A stretch of 64,000 nt of DNA from Psammoneis japonica (Eukaryota): NCBI GenBank assembly GCA_008632985.1, contig QPGO01000004.1, positions 682,001 through 746,000 on the forward strand, in the 5' to 3' direction. Under the pieces are notes generated by a model, which was not told where the DNA came from, searched no databases, and saw only the letters and a program-made list of their open reading frames with translations. A program made the position numbers and the translations under genes. This document shows positions 37,056 through 49,377 of this stretch, one piece after another. The stretch's first letter is position 1; every line of letters starts with the position of its first letter.

Positions 37056-40000
37056 TGTCAGTTGACCCATCATGCGATGGACAGACTGTTTGTGGGTGAT
37101 GACCAGACCCTTTTTAGACAGTCGTGCAGATCTCTCTGAGATCTGCCTCTCATTCTCTTCTGCTGGCACTCATGTTGTCACAGTCCCAGTGCTTGGGGAG
37201 TCTCTCACACTTCCATCATCATTGACCTTCAGCATTCTGTCACTGTGAAGACACGAGTGCTGGTGGAAGAAAATGAGAGGCAGATCTCAGAGAAATCTGC
37301 ACGACCATCTAAAAAGGGTCTGGTCATTGCCCACACGACAGCTCATGGTTGCTGCCAGAGCAAAAAACATGCGTCAAATTGGTTGCTCAACACAGGAGGA
37401 ACATGTTGAGCAAAGACAGTGAAGGACAGAGGCAGCACGTGGGGAGCCGTTGCAACATTGTCAAGATTGTCTGGTGCCATCATGCTTGAGATCATGTTGC
37501 CAGTGGGGTTGCAGAACAATGGCATCCTTGGGATGTCTGACAGGTTTGCCAAACATGCCAAGCTCATGAAATTGATCAAGTTGATTGAACTCTCCAGCAT
37601 GCCACTCTGGCCAAGTGGAAAGTTTCTTGAGGTGGTGGCGGGTGCAACCACCCAATGATTGCTCTTCTGGGGCAATGGCATGAGAGGAGATTGCATGGAC
37701 ATTAACAACACCATTGTCACAGTCAATGGAGACAGGAGGAGAGACCTTGTGATCAACAACATCAGAGAAATTGGTGTCTGGATGGCAAATCGCAGCAACA
37801 GCGTGTGTGTCGGCATTGGCAATTTCCAGGACATGTTCATGTTCAGGACCCGGGGCAGGTGAGAAGACATCATGTTCCACCAGGGCACATTGCAGGGCTT
37901 TAGAGTCAAGATGGCGTTCCGGTGAAAAATTCAATTTCAAAGTGTGTCTTGCCTGAGTCACAGGCCTGTCGCAGACGTTTGGTTGCATCGTCAGCAGCAA
38001 AGACTTGTTGGCCATTGACAGACACAATGCAAGCACCCTGAATCTCATTCTGTGTTGCCTTCAATGACGAGAATAATTGAGCAGCAGGAGCACCTCGTGT
38101 CATCACAGTCCTGGTGTTTGGGGAGTCTTTCACACCTCTGTCATCATTGACCTTTGGCATTCTGTCAGGTTGTGGCCTTGCGCTGTGCCACAGAACTCTG
38201 CGCCACGCTTTTTGCTTTGATTCATTTGTTTTGTGAGCTGATCAAGCAAGCCTCATTGTCTGTTCCCAAAACATTTTTTTCCTTGCTTTCCCAGCATTTT
38301 TCATGATCGTAGAAACACACCAGATTTCCACATGTGCATGACCAAAAATGCCGCCACCAAGGCCAACCATGGCATCTCCGAGCGGTGCAAACCCTCCTCT
38401 GACATCCATCACAGAGATCTGTCATAAATTCCAACAACATGACACTCTGCCGCATGTCCACACATCTTTGAACATGCTTTGTGCAGATGCCATCTGTGCC
38501 TTAGACCCCCTTTTTTAAGATCCTGAGCATGCAACACCCAAGATGAACTTTTTGGACTTGCTGGGTGCATGTCTTGTCAAAGAAGCAATCCCACCTTGTA
38601 CGGCAGACCCTGCAGACATGCAATCCATCAAGATGATCCTAGATCAAACTCCGGTTCACATTGCAGACCCCACCAGGCCTCGCGCACTTTGTTTGACTCC
38701 TGAGAGTCTCTCTTCTGTGATCAAACTCAGTCTTCTTCAACACAAGCAATGTCTCTGTGTTCTCACATCAACGCAACACATGCACTTCATTCCCAATGTG
38801 ACATCAAATTGCAGAGACTGGAATGAGTTTTCTCTCACTCCATGCAAGTTGAAGCCACCCCCTAAACCCTCGCCTTCAACAACTGCAACATCATCAACAA
38901 TTGGTGCAGATGACATTGTTGCAGCCCTCAACAAGTTTGCATTGAACCAAGCTCCGCCTGCAAGCACTGCTGGGAAGACTGCAGGAACTGCTCCTGTGTC
39001 CATTGCTTCAAAACATCTGTTCAATCCCAGTGCTCTGCCCAAGGATGTCCGTGAACAATGCAATCACAAGGAACATGGTGACATCACCTTGCAGAGCTCA
39101 CTTGCTCCACATGCGAATGGCTTTTGCCATTGTGTTGATGTGTCTGATTGCCTCATTCTCACTGATGGAACTCTTTTCATTATGATCTCGACCCCTGATC
39201 AGTTCCAAGAGCCAACTGCATGCCATGATGATTCTCCACCTGGAATTCATGCATGGCATCAAAATTTCCAATGTCGTGCCTTCGATTCTGGCTGTCATGT
39301 GCACTCTCTGTGGTGTTTCACCAAGGACCATGGTGGCAAGAAGGGTTTTACGATTGGCAATGACCCAGCTGACTGCCTGCCGCAATGCATGCACCTGCAA
39401 TGCAAGGAAGCTGAGAGCTCCCTCCACAAAATTCTCTCCCATGCCGACATGTTCCCCAAGAACAGCAAATGCCATCGGATTGTTGCTTCATGTTGCAGTG
39501 ATGGATGCAAGGCCCTCAAGCAGATTCCATGTGAGAATCATCCAGCCTTCAATGATGAAGCTGCTGGACCAGTCAATTCCTGTCCTGTGCAAGGAAATCT
39601 TACATTGAAGGACCATCACATGGTTTTCAAGCAGGATTTCTGCAGTTGCGTGCCTGCATCTTTGATGCTGACTCCAGTGTGGATGATCCTTGTGAGATGA
39701 CAATCTTTGTCAAGAACACCAAGCACTCCAAGTTCTTGTCTCGGGCTGCACGCGATGAACGCAAGTCCCCCACGATGCTCAGATTGTTGAGACTCTCTCA
39801 GATTTCCTGCATCAATCTGACAGTCCTGCTGTCTCCAATTGCACTCCCATCTGCAACCCATGCTGCAAATGGGCCGCAGCTCTGATGACACTCAATGTGG
39901 TGCCATTGGCATCAATGCTCTAGATGCTCCGGATCTCCCTCTCATTGAAGCTCCCAGCAAGGATCCGCCCAACAATGCCAGTCCCCCGGATGACACCATC

Positions 40001-43000
40001 ATCCCCAGCCATGATGCCATTGACACCTTGTGTGATGAATTGGCTGCTCTTGATGTCCCATCTGCTGATGCAGACCACATCCTCCATCATGCATGCTCTG
40101 CCTCAGTCTACAAACTCAAGACTGCTCCACAGGAAGCATCCAAGAAACCTTGTTTGGTTTGCTTGGATGACCACACCTTTTCCATGATTGTCCAGCATTG
40201 AATGATGCTGAGTGCCTCAAGGGTTTCCACATTTGCTTTTGTCAATTCTTGAAACAGGAGGTTGCTGTGCACACTGCAGCATTCCAGGGTTCCCAAGGTT
40301 TGTTGCCATCTGCTGAGCAACTTGCAGAAAATCCAACTGACTCTGTTGCCAAGTCTCAGGATTTTCAATTGGGCCATCGCAGTCAGTTTTGGATCTACGA
40401 CAATGCAGCCCACTTCCTCCCAGCCAAGACAAGACGAGTGTCAGTGGGGTGATGAAAAAGGGACTCAATGCCTCGTCATCCACCGCTGCAAAGCCTGTTT
40501 CTCCTGTGACTGCCAAGGACACCACCAACTCTTCAGACCCAATCAACCTGATCGACCCAATCAACCTGATTGACCCAATCAATGCCACCAAACTCCTGGA
40601 TGATGATCCTGTCTTGCCACTTGCAGATGACAAACCTGGCTCAGATTGTCTGGAACAGGGGAGGGAACATCATGACTTGAATGAACATGTCGAGTTCATT
40701 GTCCTCGCCTGTGACGACATGGCCATCAAAGATGGTGTTGCCATGGTCAACTTGGTTTGTGTTTCTCCAATTGCTCCATCCCAGGCTTGTGAAACCAGCT
40801 CACCTGATTTGGATCAACCTGCGTTCCAAGTCAATGCTGCAAAGTTTGCACTGCATGAACATTGTGCTCAACTGGGTGCTGGCGCTGACATTGCTTGTGC
40901 TGGTGACCGTGACCTCCTCCATCAACACCGAGAATTCACACAAGAAAACCCATGTCCATTGGCTGTCAACCCCACTCTTGGAGACAAAGCTGTCCTGGTT
41001 GGTTTTGCCCACCTGTGTGTGCCCGCAGAGAATGTCAATGGTCATGTTGAGATCCGCACATGCCACCATCCTCAGATTCAATCTACCCTGATGGATGAAT
41101 GTTTGCTGCTGCATCACAATGGTGCTCGTCGCACAGACTGCAATGTCAATTGCATCCTCAAGTTTCATGATCTTGGCACCTGCAAGTTTGCAGCATGCCA
41201 CAGATTGCACAAGAGTCAGGACATCATCATGCATGGAAAGTTGATCAATGGCAAATGCTGTGCTCACCCCCTTCTTCTCTTAGAATCTCATGATGAACTT
41301 GATGCATCAATTGAACATCTCAAGACTGCTGACCCATCATTTGCTTGGGAGTGTGGAGCAGTTTTGGCGCACATGATTGAGACACATTGTGGACACCAGC
41401 ATGATGCTCTCCATGTGGAACGCAAGTTGATTCCTTGAGTTTGCCAGGACATGCCATTTGAGAAGTGTGCTGAGAAGAACACACCCATCTAATCCCTCAA
41501 GGCTGATGCCGGGTGGTGCAGATTGGGACCTGCATTTGGAAATCCTGGTGGAGTCATGGGAGGAGCACAATCAAGAGGTCCATGGTCATGATGTGGACAC
41601 AAGGCAGTCATCTTTGAGATGACAGGCTGAGGCTGAACTCACGGCAACACACAACAAAAGACAAGAGCATCTGGCTAAAGACAGAGATGCGCTGATGGAT
41701 TCTGTAGAAGACCACCAATCCCACTCCACTTTGCAGACAATGAACTGGATTGCAATGGTTAAAGTGAGACTGAAAGACAGCCTCAAGAAAGCAAAGTGCT
41801 CTGCACTTTGCAGCACTTGCTCTGTGGCCAGTTATTTTGGTGGGATGTCACCTTCCAGTGATGCCCATTCTGGCTGATTCACGTGAGCTTCTGCTGCACT
41901 GCAAGGTGCACTGTGAGTGCGGGCCGGCGCCAGCCTGGCTGGCAAAGGAGTGACAGCATTAAAACACAGATCTGGTTTTTTTCCCTCAAGGCTGATGCTG
42001 AGCACCTTTTGTGGCATCAACGCCTTGGCCACCCCAGTGATCACCATCTCTGCCATGCTCATGAACAAGTTGAGGGTGTTCCCAAGTTTGCCCATGGCAT
42101 TTCTCTGCCAGATGCTTGCCCTGCATGCATTTGAGCCAAGCAGACCAAGGAACTGGCTGGTCTGAATGCCACTGTGACCACCACTCAACCTTGTCAAGGT
42201 CTCACTGTTGACTTTTGTTTCTCTGGTTTGCAGTCCAAGAACAAGGAACGTGCTGCGGACTGTGTTGGTTTGATTGGAGAGACTGCGTGTTGGATCACTG
42301 TCCATGATCACACTGCAAAGCACCTCCATGGTGCTGCTTGTGTTTCCAAGGCTGCCCCATTGAATTGGATTTGCCACTTTCTGGAAGAGCACTCACCAAA
42401 ATGTCCAGATGAATGTGTGTTTCTGGATCAAGGTGGCAAATTGCATCAGAATCCAGCAGTTCAGCAACTTTTCAAGGATGACCTTCATTGTGCAATTCGT
42501 CCCACTGGAAACGACTCTTCAAACCAGAGTGGCCCAGTTGAACAGAGTCACTTGACTGTTGCAAATGCCATTTGGGCCATGCTGATTGGTGCCAATCTGC
42601 CCATCAAGTTTTGGTCACATGCTTTTCACCATTGCCTCCAGATCAAGAATGCTGTGCCTTCTTGAGGGCAACCTGCTGCTCCGATTGCACTTGCAGCTGG
42701 TCAAAAGGATGACTTCAGTGCTTTTTGAACCTTTGGTTGTCGTGTTTGGGTCCGCACTTTGAATTGCCATCCAGCAAAATTCTGGACTGCATCCCGCAAG
42801 GGCATCTTTCTTGGTTGCCTGCCGGATGCCATGAAGAATGTCTTGTGGCATGATGCTGAGATGTCCCGGGTCAAGATTGCAAAGCACATCCATTTTGACG
42901 AGGGCATGATTGATTTTGATCATGGCTCTGTCCCTCCGAATGTGGTTCACTTGGAACAAACCCAGGATGGCAAGCCATTCCCTGCTGAGACCAAGGAGAC

Positions 43001-45704
43001 GCCTGTGGATGAATTCCACTTTTGTGGCAACCCTTTTGCCAAGACAATTGTGCATGCGTTGAAAGGCCCATTTGCTGATCCCAACTTTAGCCCACAATTG
43101 ACCACGGATGAATTGTGTCAACGGGTTTTTGTTTCGGACATCAAACGTGGTGCTCCTGCTGCTTGATTGTTCTCATCATTGGGCAACACGGAACAAGACT
43201 CAGGGCGCTTACATTGTGTTGGTTGATGGTCAATGAGTCTTCACTGCTGACAACACAACCAAACATCTGCAACAGCCCTGTGACTCAGGCAAGACACACT
43301 TCACAAAATTGAATTTGCACCAGAATGCCATCTTGACTCTAAAACCCTGCAACGTGCCCTGGTGGAACATGACATCTTCTCACCTGCCCCAGATCCTGAA
43401 TGTGAACATGTCCCAGAAATTGCCAATGCCGACACACACGCTGTTGCTGCGATTTGCCATCCAGGCACCAATTTCTCCAACATTGTTGATGATGAGGTCT
43501 CTCCTCCTGTCTCCATTGACTGTGACAATGGTGTCCTTAACATCCATGCAATCTCCTCTCATGCCATTGCCCCGGAAGAGCAAGCATTGGGCACTTTCAC
43601 CCACCACTGCCTCAAGAAACTTTCTGCTTGGCCAGAGTGGCATGCTGGAGAGTTTAAACAACTCTATCAATTTCACAAGCTTGGCATGTTTGGCAAACTA
43701 GTCAGATGTCCCAAGGATGCCATTGTTCTGCGACCCCACTGGCAACATGATCTCAAGCATGACAGCACCAGACAATCTTGACAATGTTGTGAGACAGCTC
43801 CCCATGTGCTGCCTCTGTCCTTCACCATCTTCACTCAACACATTCCTCCTGTGTCAAGCAACCAATTCAACGCATGTTTTTTGCTCTGGTGGCGACCATG
43901 AGCTGTCGTGTGTGCAGTGGAGATGCTCAAGATGCCCATGCGCACTCTCCCAAACCATCTCACCCTGCATTTGTGGCAATTGATGAGGCCCATGCAACTT
44001 GGCACAAGTCTCACTTGGCATTGAGCTTGACCAAAGCATGGTTCTGCCAATGCAACATGCTCTCCAAGGACACCCAGAAGCCGGCGTGCTCTGGGAGACT
44101 CACATCAACAGCATTTTGTCTGATGTGACTCCACTTTTTTGCAACACTGCCCATGGCAAGTGCGTTTGCTCTGCCACATTCAAGGGACACAAGATTCTGT
44201 TGTTGCGCCAGGTTGATGATTTTTCTGTCATGTGTCCTGATGAATCCTGCATGACCAAGATTTGTGACAAGATTGGCAAGGCATTGCAACTTCCCTTGGA
44301 AGACATGCCACCTTTCAAGCATCTTGGCCTTGTTGAGGACTTCAACAGTGTGGACATCCATCAATGTGATGACTCCATTTTGGTGTTGCAGTGCACAGTT
44401 ACATTGAATGGGTGTGCACTTCACACGGTTGGGCAAAACCGGTGGCACATGAACCCACAATGGACCACAAGGCAACACCCACACCCATTGATGCTGTTCC
44501 GGAGTTGCACAAGATGATTGGTCCTGCTGACACCAGAACATGCTGAACTCCAACAGGTGGCTGGTTTTGGATGTCGCACCTTGCTTGGTGAATTGTTGCA
44601 CGCCTGTGTTGTTTGCAGATTGGATGTTGGACAAGCAATCACTGCCCTCTCCAAGTTTTCCTCATGTCCTGCTGTGGTGCACTGTGATGCATTAAAGGGG
44701 TTGCCAAGTGTCTTCAACAAACCAAGGTTTGGGAACTCAATTGTTGGAAAAATTGATTGACCCCACCTCGACACCCTTTTGAGCGGTTGACAAGTGACCC
44801 TGCTCTCTCGTCCTTCCCCACTGCTGCCTGTCCCCATCAACTGCTTGCCTTCTTGGATGCTGCCTGTGGCGATGATCTTTGCAACAGCCACTCCATGACT
44901 GGCTGTGCATGCATGTTGGTGGGTGCCGTCATTTCCTTCTGATGCAACACTCAGTTGGTGACTGCTGCTGGCTCCACAGAAGCAGAGTTTCATGCTGCTG
45001 GCAACACTGCCAAGCATGTTCTGTGTCTTCGCCATGTCTCACACAACTGGCTTTTCTCAGGATGGCCCCACCCCATTGTGCATTGACAATGAGTCTGCCA
45101 TCAAAATCACAATCATTCATTCCTGCAGAGCGTTCGCAACACATTGACACTCGTTCTTTGTAATTCAGGAGTGGAAAGCGGCGGGCAAGATTGTCACCCA
45201 ACATGTCCCTGGCATTGTCAATCCTGGTGATGACCTCACAAGGCTCTGGGACAGGCACTGCATGCACGCCATGCATGCTGCATGAAGGGACACTGCCGTT
45301 GACATTTCATTTGTGGCGGTGCTCCTCCTTCTGCAGAATTGCCCCTTGTTGATTGATGCGTGTTGGGCTTGGACACCTCATTGTGTCCCGCTGTCTGGCT
45401 TCTTTCATCATCCCTTCTTTTTGGTTGACCTGCACTGTCTTCCATTTTTTAGACATTGCAGATCAGGGGAGGGTGTCAGTTGACCCATCATGCGATGGAC
45501 AGACTGTTTGTGGGTGATGACCAGACCCTTTTTAGATGGTCATGCAGATCTCTCTGAGATCTGCCTCTCATTGTCTTCCACCAGTGCTCGTGTCATCACA
45601 GTCCCAGTGCTTGGGGAGTCTTTCACACCTCCATCATCATTGACCTTCGGCATTCTGTCAAGTCTTTCACACCTCCATCATCATTGACCTTCGGTGTTCT
45701 GTCA
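37056..45704 (+). mobile_element. Second Ty1/copia family (B), degenerate full-length element: 187-bp LTRs at 37056-37242 and 45474-45660, rearranged 5' end
   Basis: PBS-like ggttgtggcc at 38168 and PPT aggggaggg before 45474. LWHQRLGHP..CPAC zinc finger, integrase FLDQGG, RT LLRQVDDF, RNase H STEAEF/IDNESAI/NPGDDLTK. Flanks are gtgtt and gcatt. Confidence 0.92.
41510..41981 (+). mobile_element. 5'-truncated non-LTR retrotransposon 3' end nested in copia B, with 17-bp TSD
   Basis: tccctcaaggctgatgc at 41493-41509 and 41982-41998. Insert encodes WEEHNQEVHG..NWIAM..SYF, resembling the WxxRNxxVHG C-terminus of diatom LINE ORF2. Confidence 0.7.
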
Positions 45705-46601
45705 GCATTTTGTGTGTCATGTGCCCCCCATTGACAATGCCATGGACATCTGCGAAAGTTGCAACACCACCGCTTTGCAAATTCACACCGCAGACAGAGA
45801 GGACCAACTGAGACTGTTTCAGAACAATGCTCCTTCGACGCAGATTGGAGGCCAATGAGAGACAGTGGTCTGTGCCTCCCCCCTGCATGATGAGTGGGGG
45901 GTTGTTTTCCACAGCAGTGCGCTTCTGCGATGCTGATGGCATCATAGAAGCGGCAAGCAAGTCTGCAAACACCTCCGAGCCGCAGCAAGCTCATTCCTTT
46001 CTTTCATCAACGTTGCACTGCACGTTGATGAGACGAGAGAGCGAGTTTTGCTTGCAGCCCGCGCCGCCCACCCTTAGCGGCTCTCTAGCTGGGACTCATT
46101 CTCCAGGTTCCCAGAGCAAGAGTTCTAGCTCGAGGTCTGGTGTTCGTGGCTTACGCCACAACCAACCAGAGAGCTCGATCAAGAGTGCATCAGACACTCT
46201 AGAGGAAGCAGAGTCAGAGAGTGATAGAGGGCTATCGACCCATCGATTGGAGTGTTGGACACTCTTGAAAAGATACAATTTTAATTTTAACTGTTTGGTG
46301 ATTGGCAGGAAAACTAAACGTCAAAGTCGCCAAACTGAATCGGGCGGCAATGGCATTGAAAACAAAACCGCCATGCATGGAATCGATGTGATAGCTCGTC
46401 ATTAATTCACCAGGAAAATAGCTTGGAAGGGATGAGGCACTCGATCTGAAAGATTTGTCGATCTTTTGCGCTTTGCACTCGGCGGCCCATTGTTCACGCT
46501 CATTGGTGCGGCAGAGCAATGGTGGCATCATCGTACACACTACTCGTGCTATCGTTCCTCTTTCTCGGTGATGTGTGCGTTCTGGCGCCTCAACAGACGC
46601 A

Positions 46602-47120
46602 TCACTTCTCTTTTTGCTTCTTTCTGACGGCTCCGTATTGCGGCCTTGGTTTTCGTGGTGCTATCGCCAGACTTTTTTCTTCCTTTCTTCTCCATTCCTT
46701 GAGAGAGAAGAGCGACCAGCTGCTCAAGCTCGAAGTGAGGTCATCAACGACACTGCCTTGTGCGGGATGCTCTGACCCTTTCGCTAACTGCACATATTGA
46801 AAGTGCGACTTTTCCATGTTCTCCATACTCGCTTCTCGGTGCTGGAGGGGTGTGTTGTCAGGAGAACTGCTGCATAAACCATCGAAAGAACTTTTGTGTG
46901 CTACTCCAACAAAAGATCCTGAATCAGGTGGGGAAGTGTCCATAAGACGAGGACGTTTGCTAAAACCAACTTGTGACGGTGATATAGGGCTTTCAAACGC
47001 CGAAATGTCCATCATCAAGTCAGTGTTGTTTCGTTTCTTCTCGTTGTTATTAACCTTCTCTCCCTTCCCTCCGCCGTATGAGTATGTGCTTCCATCCTCC
47101 CTCTTCTCTTGAGAACTCAT
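46602..47120 (-). CDS. Hypothetical Ser-rich low-complexity protein (possibly the first part of a longer or broken gene)
   Basis: 172-aa ORF in DNA of normal composition; no recognised domain. Confidence 0.3.
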   Translation of the reverse strand: MSSQEKREDGSTYSYGGGKGEKVNNNEKKRNNTDLMMDISAFESPISPSQVGFSKRPRLMDTSPPDSGSFVGVAHKSSFDGLCSSSPDNTPLQHREASMENMEKSHFQYVQLAKGSEHPAQGSVVDDLTSSLSSWSLFSLKEWRRKEEKSLAIAPRKPRPQYGAVRKKQKEK

Positions 47121-47409
47121 CTTGGGAATTTATGGAGGGTCACCATTGCCAATCTCGACAATGAACCACGGACGTTGTATCTGTTCTGCGGGTTGGTTTG
47201 GTGCTGCGCACTGAGTTTGTGTCATTGTGACAACATGCTCTCCACATTTTTTTTGACTCTCGATTGTTCAAAATATCCGGGTTCCATGCCGCGGGGCCGA
47301 TAAAAAAATGAGAGCGGAGAGCGGCAAAGCTAACCTTACTTCGCAGTCGGCAGTCGGCAGCACGATGACAACAGCCGAAGACAACGAGACAGCAGCTGGT
47401 CTATATGCA

Positions 47410-48330
47410 GGAAAGTTGTTAAGGAGCATTTCGAGAATCATCCTTTCCAAGCACCTTTCGAAATGAAACGGTGGCAGTCGTCGAAGGGCTCATTGGCCGA
47501 ACTCCTGCCCGGACGTTTACAAGTTTGCAAAGCAGATAATTAAAGATGGAGTCGCGGCTCTGAGTACAAAAGACGGAAATCCCGCTGTTCTTGATGAACC
47601 GATGATGATTCAAGATGGCACCAATTTTTTCACAGACACGGCAGCTGTAGATAACATGGCCACGCAAGAAGTTGGTGGCGAGGGCGATGCATGGCCGAGA
47701 AGCTAATGCTGCCAGCGATTCAAAAGAGGCTTCCGGAAATACTGAAAGAACAGCTTGGGAATGAAGGGGCAAATTTACAGGGTTATTGGGTGTCTCCCAT
47801 ATCGTCCTATGAAGTCCTTGCGCTAGGATGCGATAGCATGAGTTCGACCATTCAGTGGATCGAAGTTGCCACAAGTGCAACGTTTGAGGGGCAAGTTCCA
47901 CCATTCTCTTACCCCGACACGTCGATAGGACCAGATCTCATGTTCCTGATGTGGAACGACTCTTATACAGAGTACATTGCCTCTATTTCACACAAGCCAA
48001 ATTCAGAAAAGAACTCAATTAAATGGACGCGTTAAGAACTATCACACCATCGCTTCTGTACCATGAAAAACGTGGAAATGCCCAACAGGGGCCATCTTCT
48101 GCGACGACGAAGAATGATGAACTGAAGGCACGCTAGAGGAAGGATGAACCGAAGCTTGTTGGAGACACGCATGGCTGCGTTCGCCTCATGGTTCAATATC
48201 CTTCTGCACAGACACAAAGTGCAGACCCTGGTATTCTCGAAGACCAAATGCCAAAGGTAGACCGAGAAATCGTACGTGCAAGCGAGTGATGGCCGAAAGA
48301 GGAAACTAGGTTGGCTTGCAACGATAAGCG
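47410..48330 (+). pseudogene. Probable pseudogene of a Crinkler-type/PD-(D/E)xK nuclease-domain protein
   Basis: VLDEPMM, PFSYPDTSIGPDLMF, then (frameshifted) SQAKF..*..ALRTITPSLLY. Family assignment is from recalled motif similarity only. Confidence 0.4.
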
Positions 48331-49377
48331 AACAGAATGCCGGAAAATTGTTCAGAGGGAATGCAACAGTGGTTCTCGAGATATTGAAGAGTGCTGGGAC
48401 GAAAAAAAGAGAAGAATAGCACACGTCCTCCGCGTCGACCGAAAGATTCAAATTCATCTTTTACTTGTCAAAAGACCGGGACCTTCGAGTGTAATAATAA
48501 CCCCAGCAAGTCAAATGAATCGAACGTAATAAATACAAAAGGTCTCCCTTTGATTATTGAAATCGACAAAAGAAGCAAGAAAGCAAAATGCGTCGCTCTA
48601 GGTCTCACCTCACCAATCAAAATATAATCATGATGTTAACAAGGAGATCAACATCAATGGTGGCCTGCCCGTCTGGCTTTTTCCTTTTTATGACGCAGAA
48701 GCTTGCCGCTTTTTTTATTCCCAAAGCTTTCTCTTTTGGTTCTCCGCGATCAGTTCTCTCTCCATATGGAAATTGTTACTCAATGACACAATGAGGCAAA
48801 AGCGGTCCTGGGGTTGCCTGTTCTTGTCCTCACCAAATATTCAAGATTATCTCAATACTGTCGCTTGGCATCCTCCACCTTGTTTCGGACAGCAGATGTG
48901 TACTTAACAGCACTCAGTTGGTGCAGCACGTACTGTAAACCTTCGATCTCCTCTTCGAGTGCGAGTGAAGTTTCGCTGTCGCTTACACGGTACGGCGGGC
49001 TTGATACAATGATATCCTCCCAACGTTCTCTAGCTGGTTTTCCACCACCTTAATCACTGTCACATTGGTCACTGGTCCTAAATACTTTACCCGCTTAGAA
49101 CGCAGTCGGCAAGTCATTCTTTAAGTTGAGAAGATTCTCGTTTTTCCGTTGCTCCATTCGAACGACAAAATTCAAAAAAAGTCGTCTTCTTGTGAATCGC
49201 TTTCGCCAACCGGAGCTATAGAGAGTTAACTAGCTCTAGCTACTCTAGAAGAAATTCGCATATTGTCGAAGCGTTTATGCATTTAAAATCTTATAATGTG
49301 TCTACAGCGCACTACTTATATTCTCTCTAGAGTGGGACCAACTGTACTTCATCGCCGCGAACAGCTCGAAGTGAATT

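Noticed and set aside
40536..40582. 18-bp tandem repeat (DPINLI x ~2.6)
   Set aside because: Ordinary slippage in a linker region of copia B.
1537..45994. Many Cys/His-rich ORFs as metallothionein or zinc-finger genes
   Set aside because: They overlap in all frames and lack Tyr. They are by-products of TG/CA enrichment and stop-codon loss in TE debris.
1545..46050. Classical RIP or simple 5mC decay as the whole explanation
   Set aside because: Both are C->T processes. RIP enriches TpA, and neither converts TAY to TGY or CAY. CpG decay is present only as a second layer.
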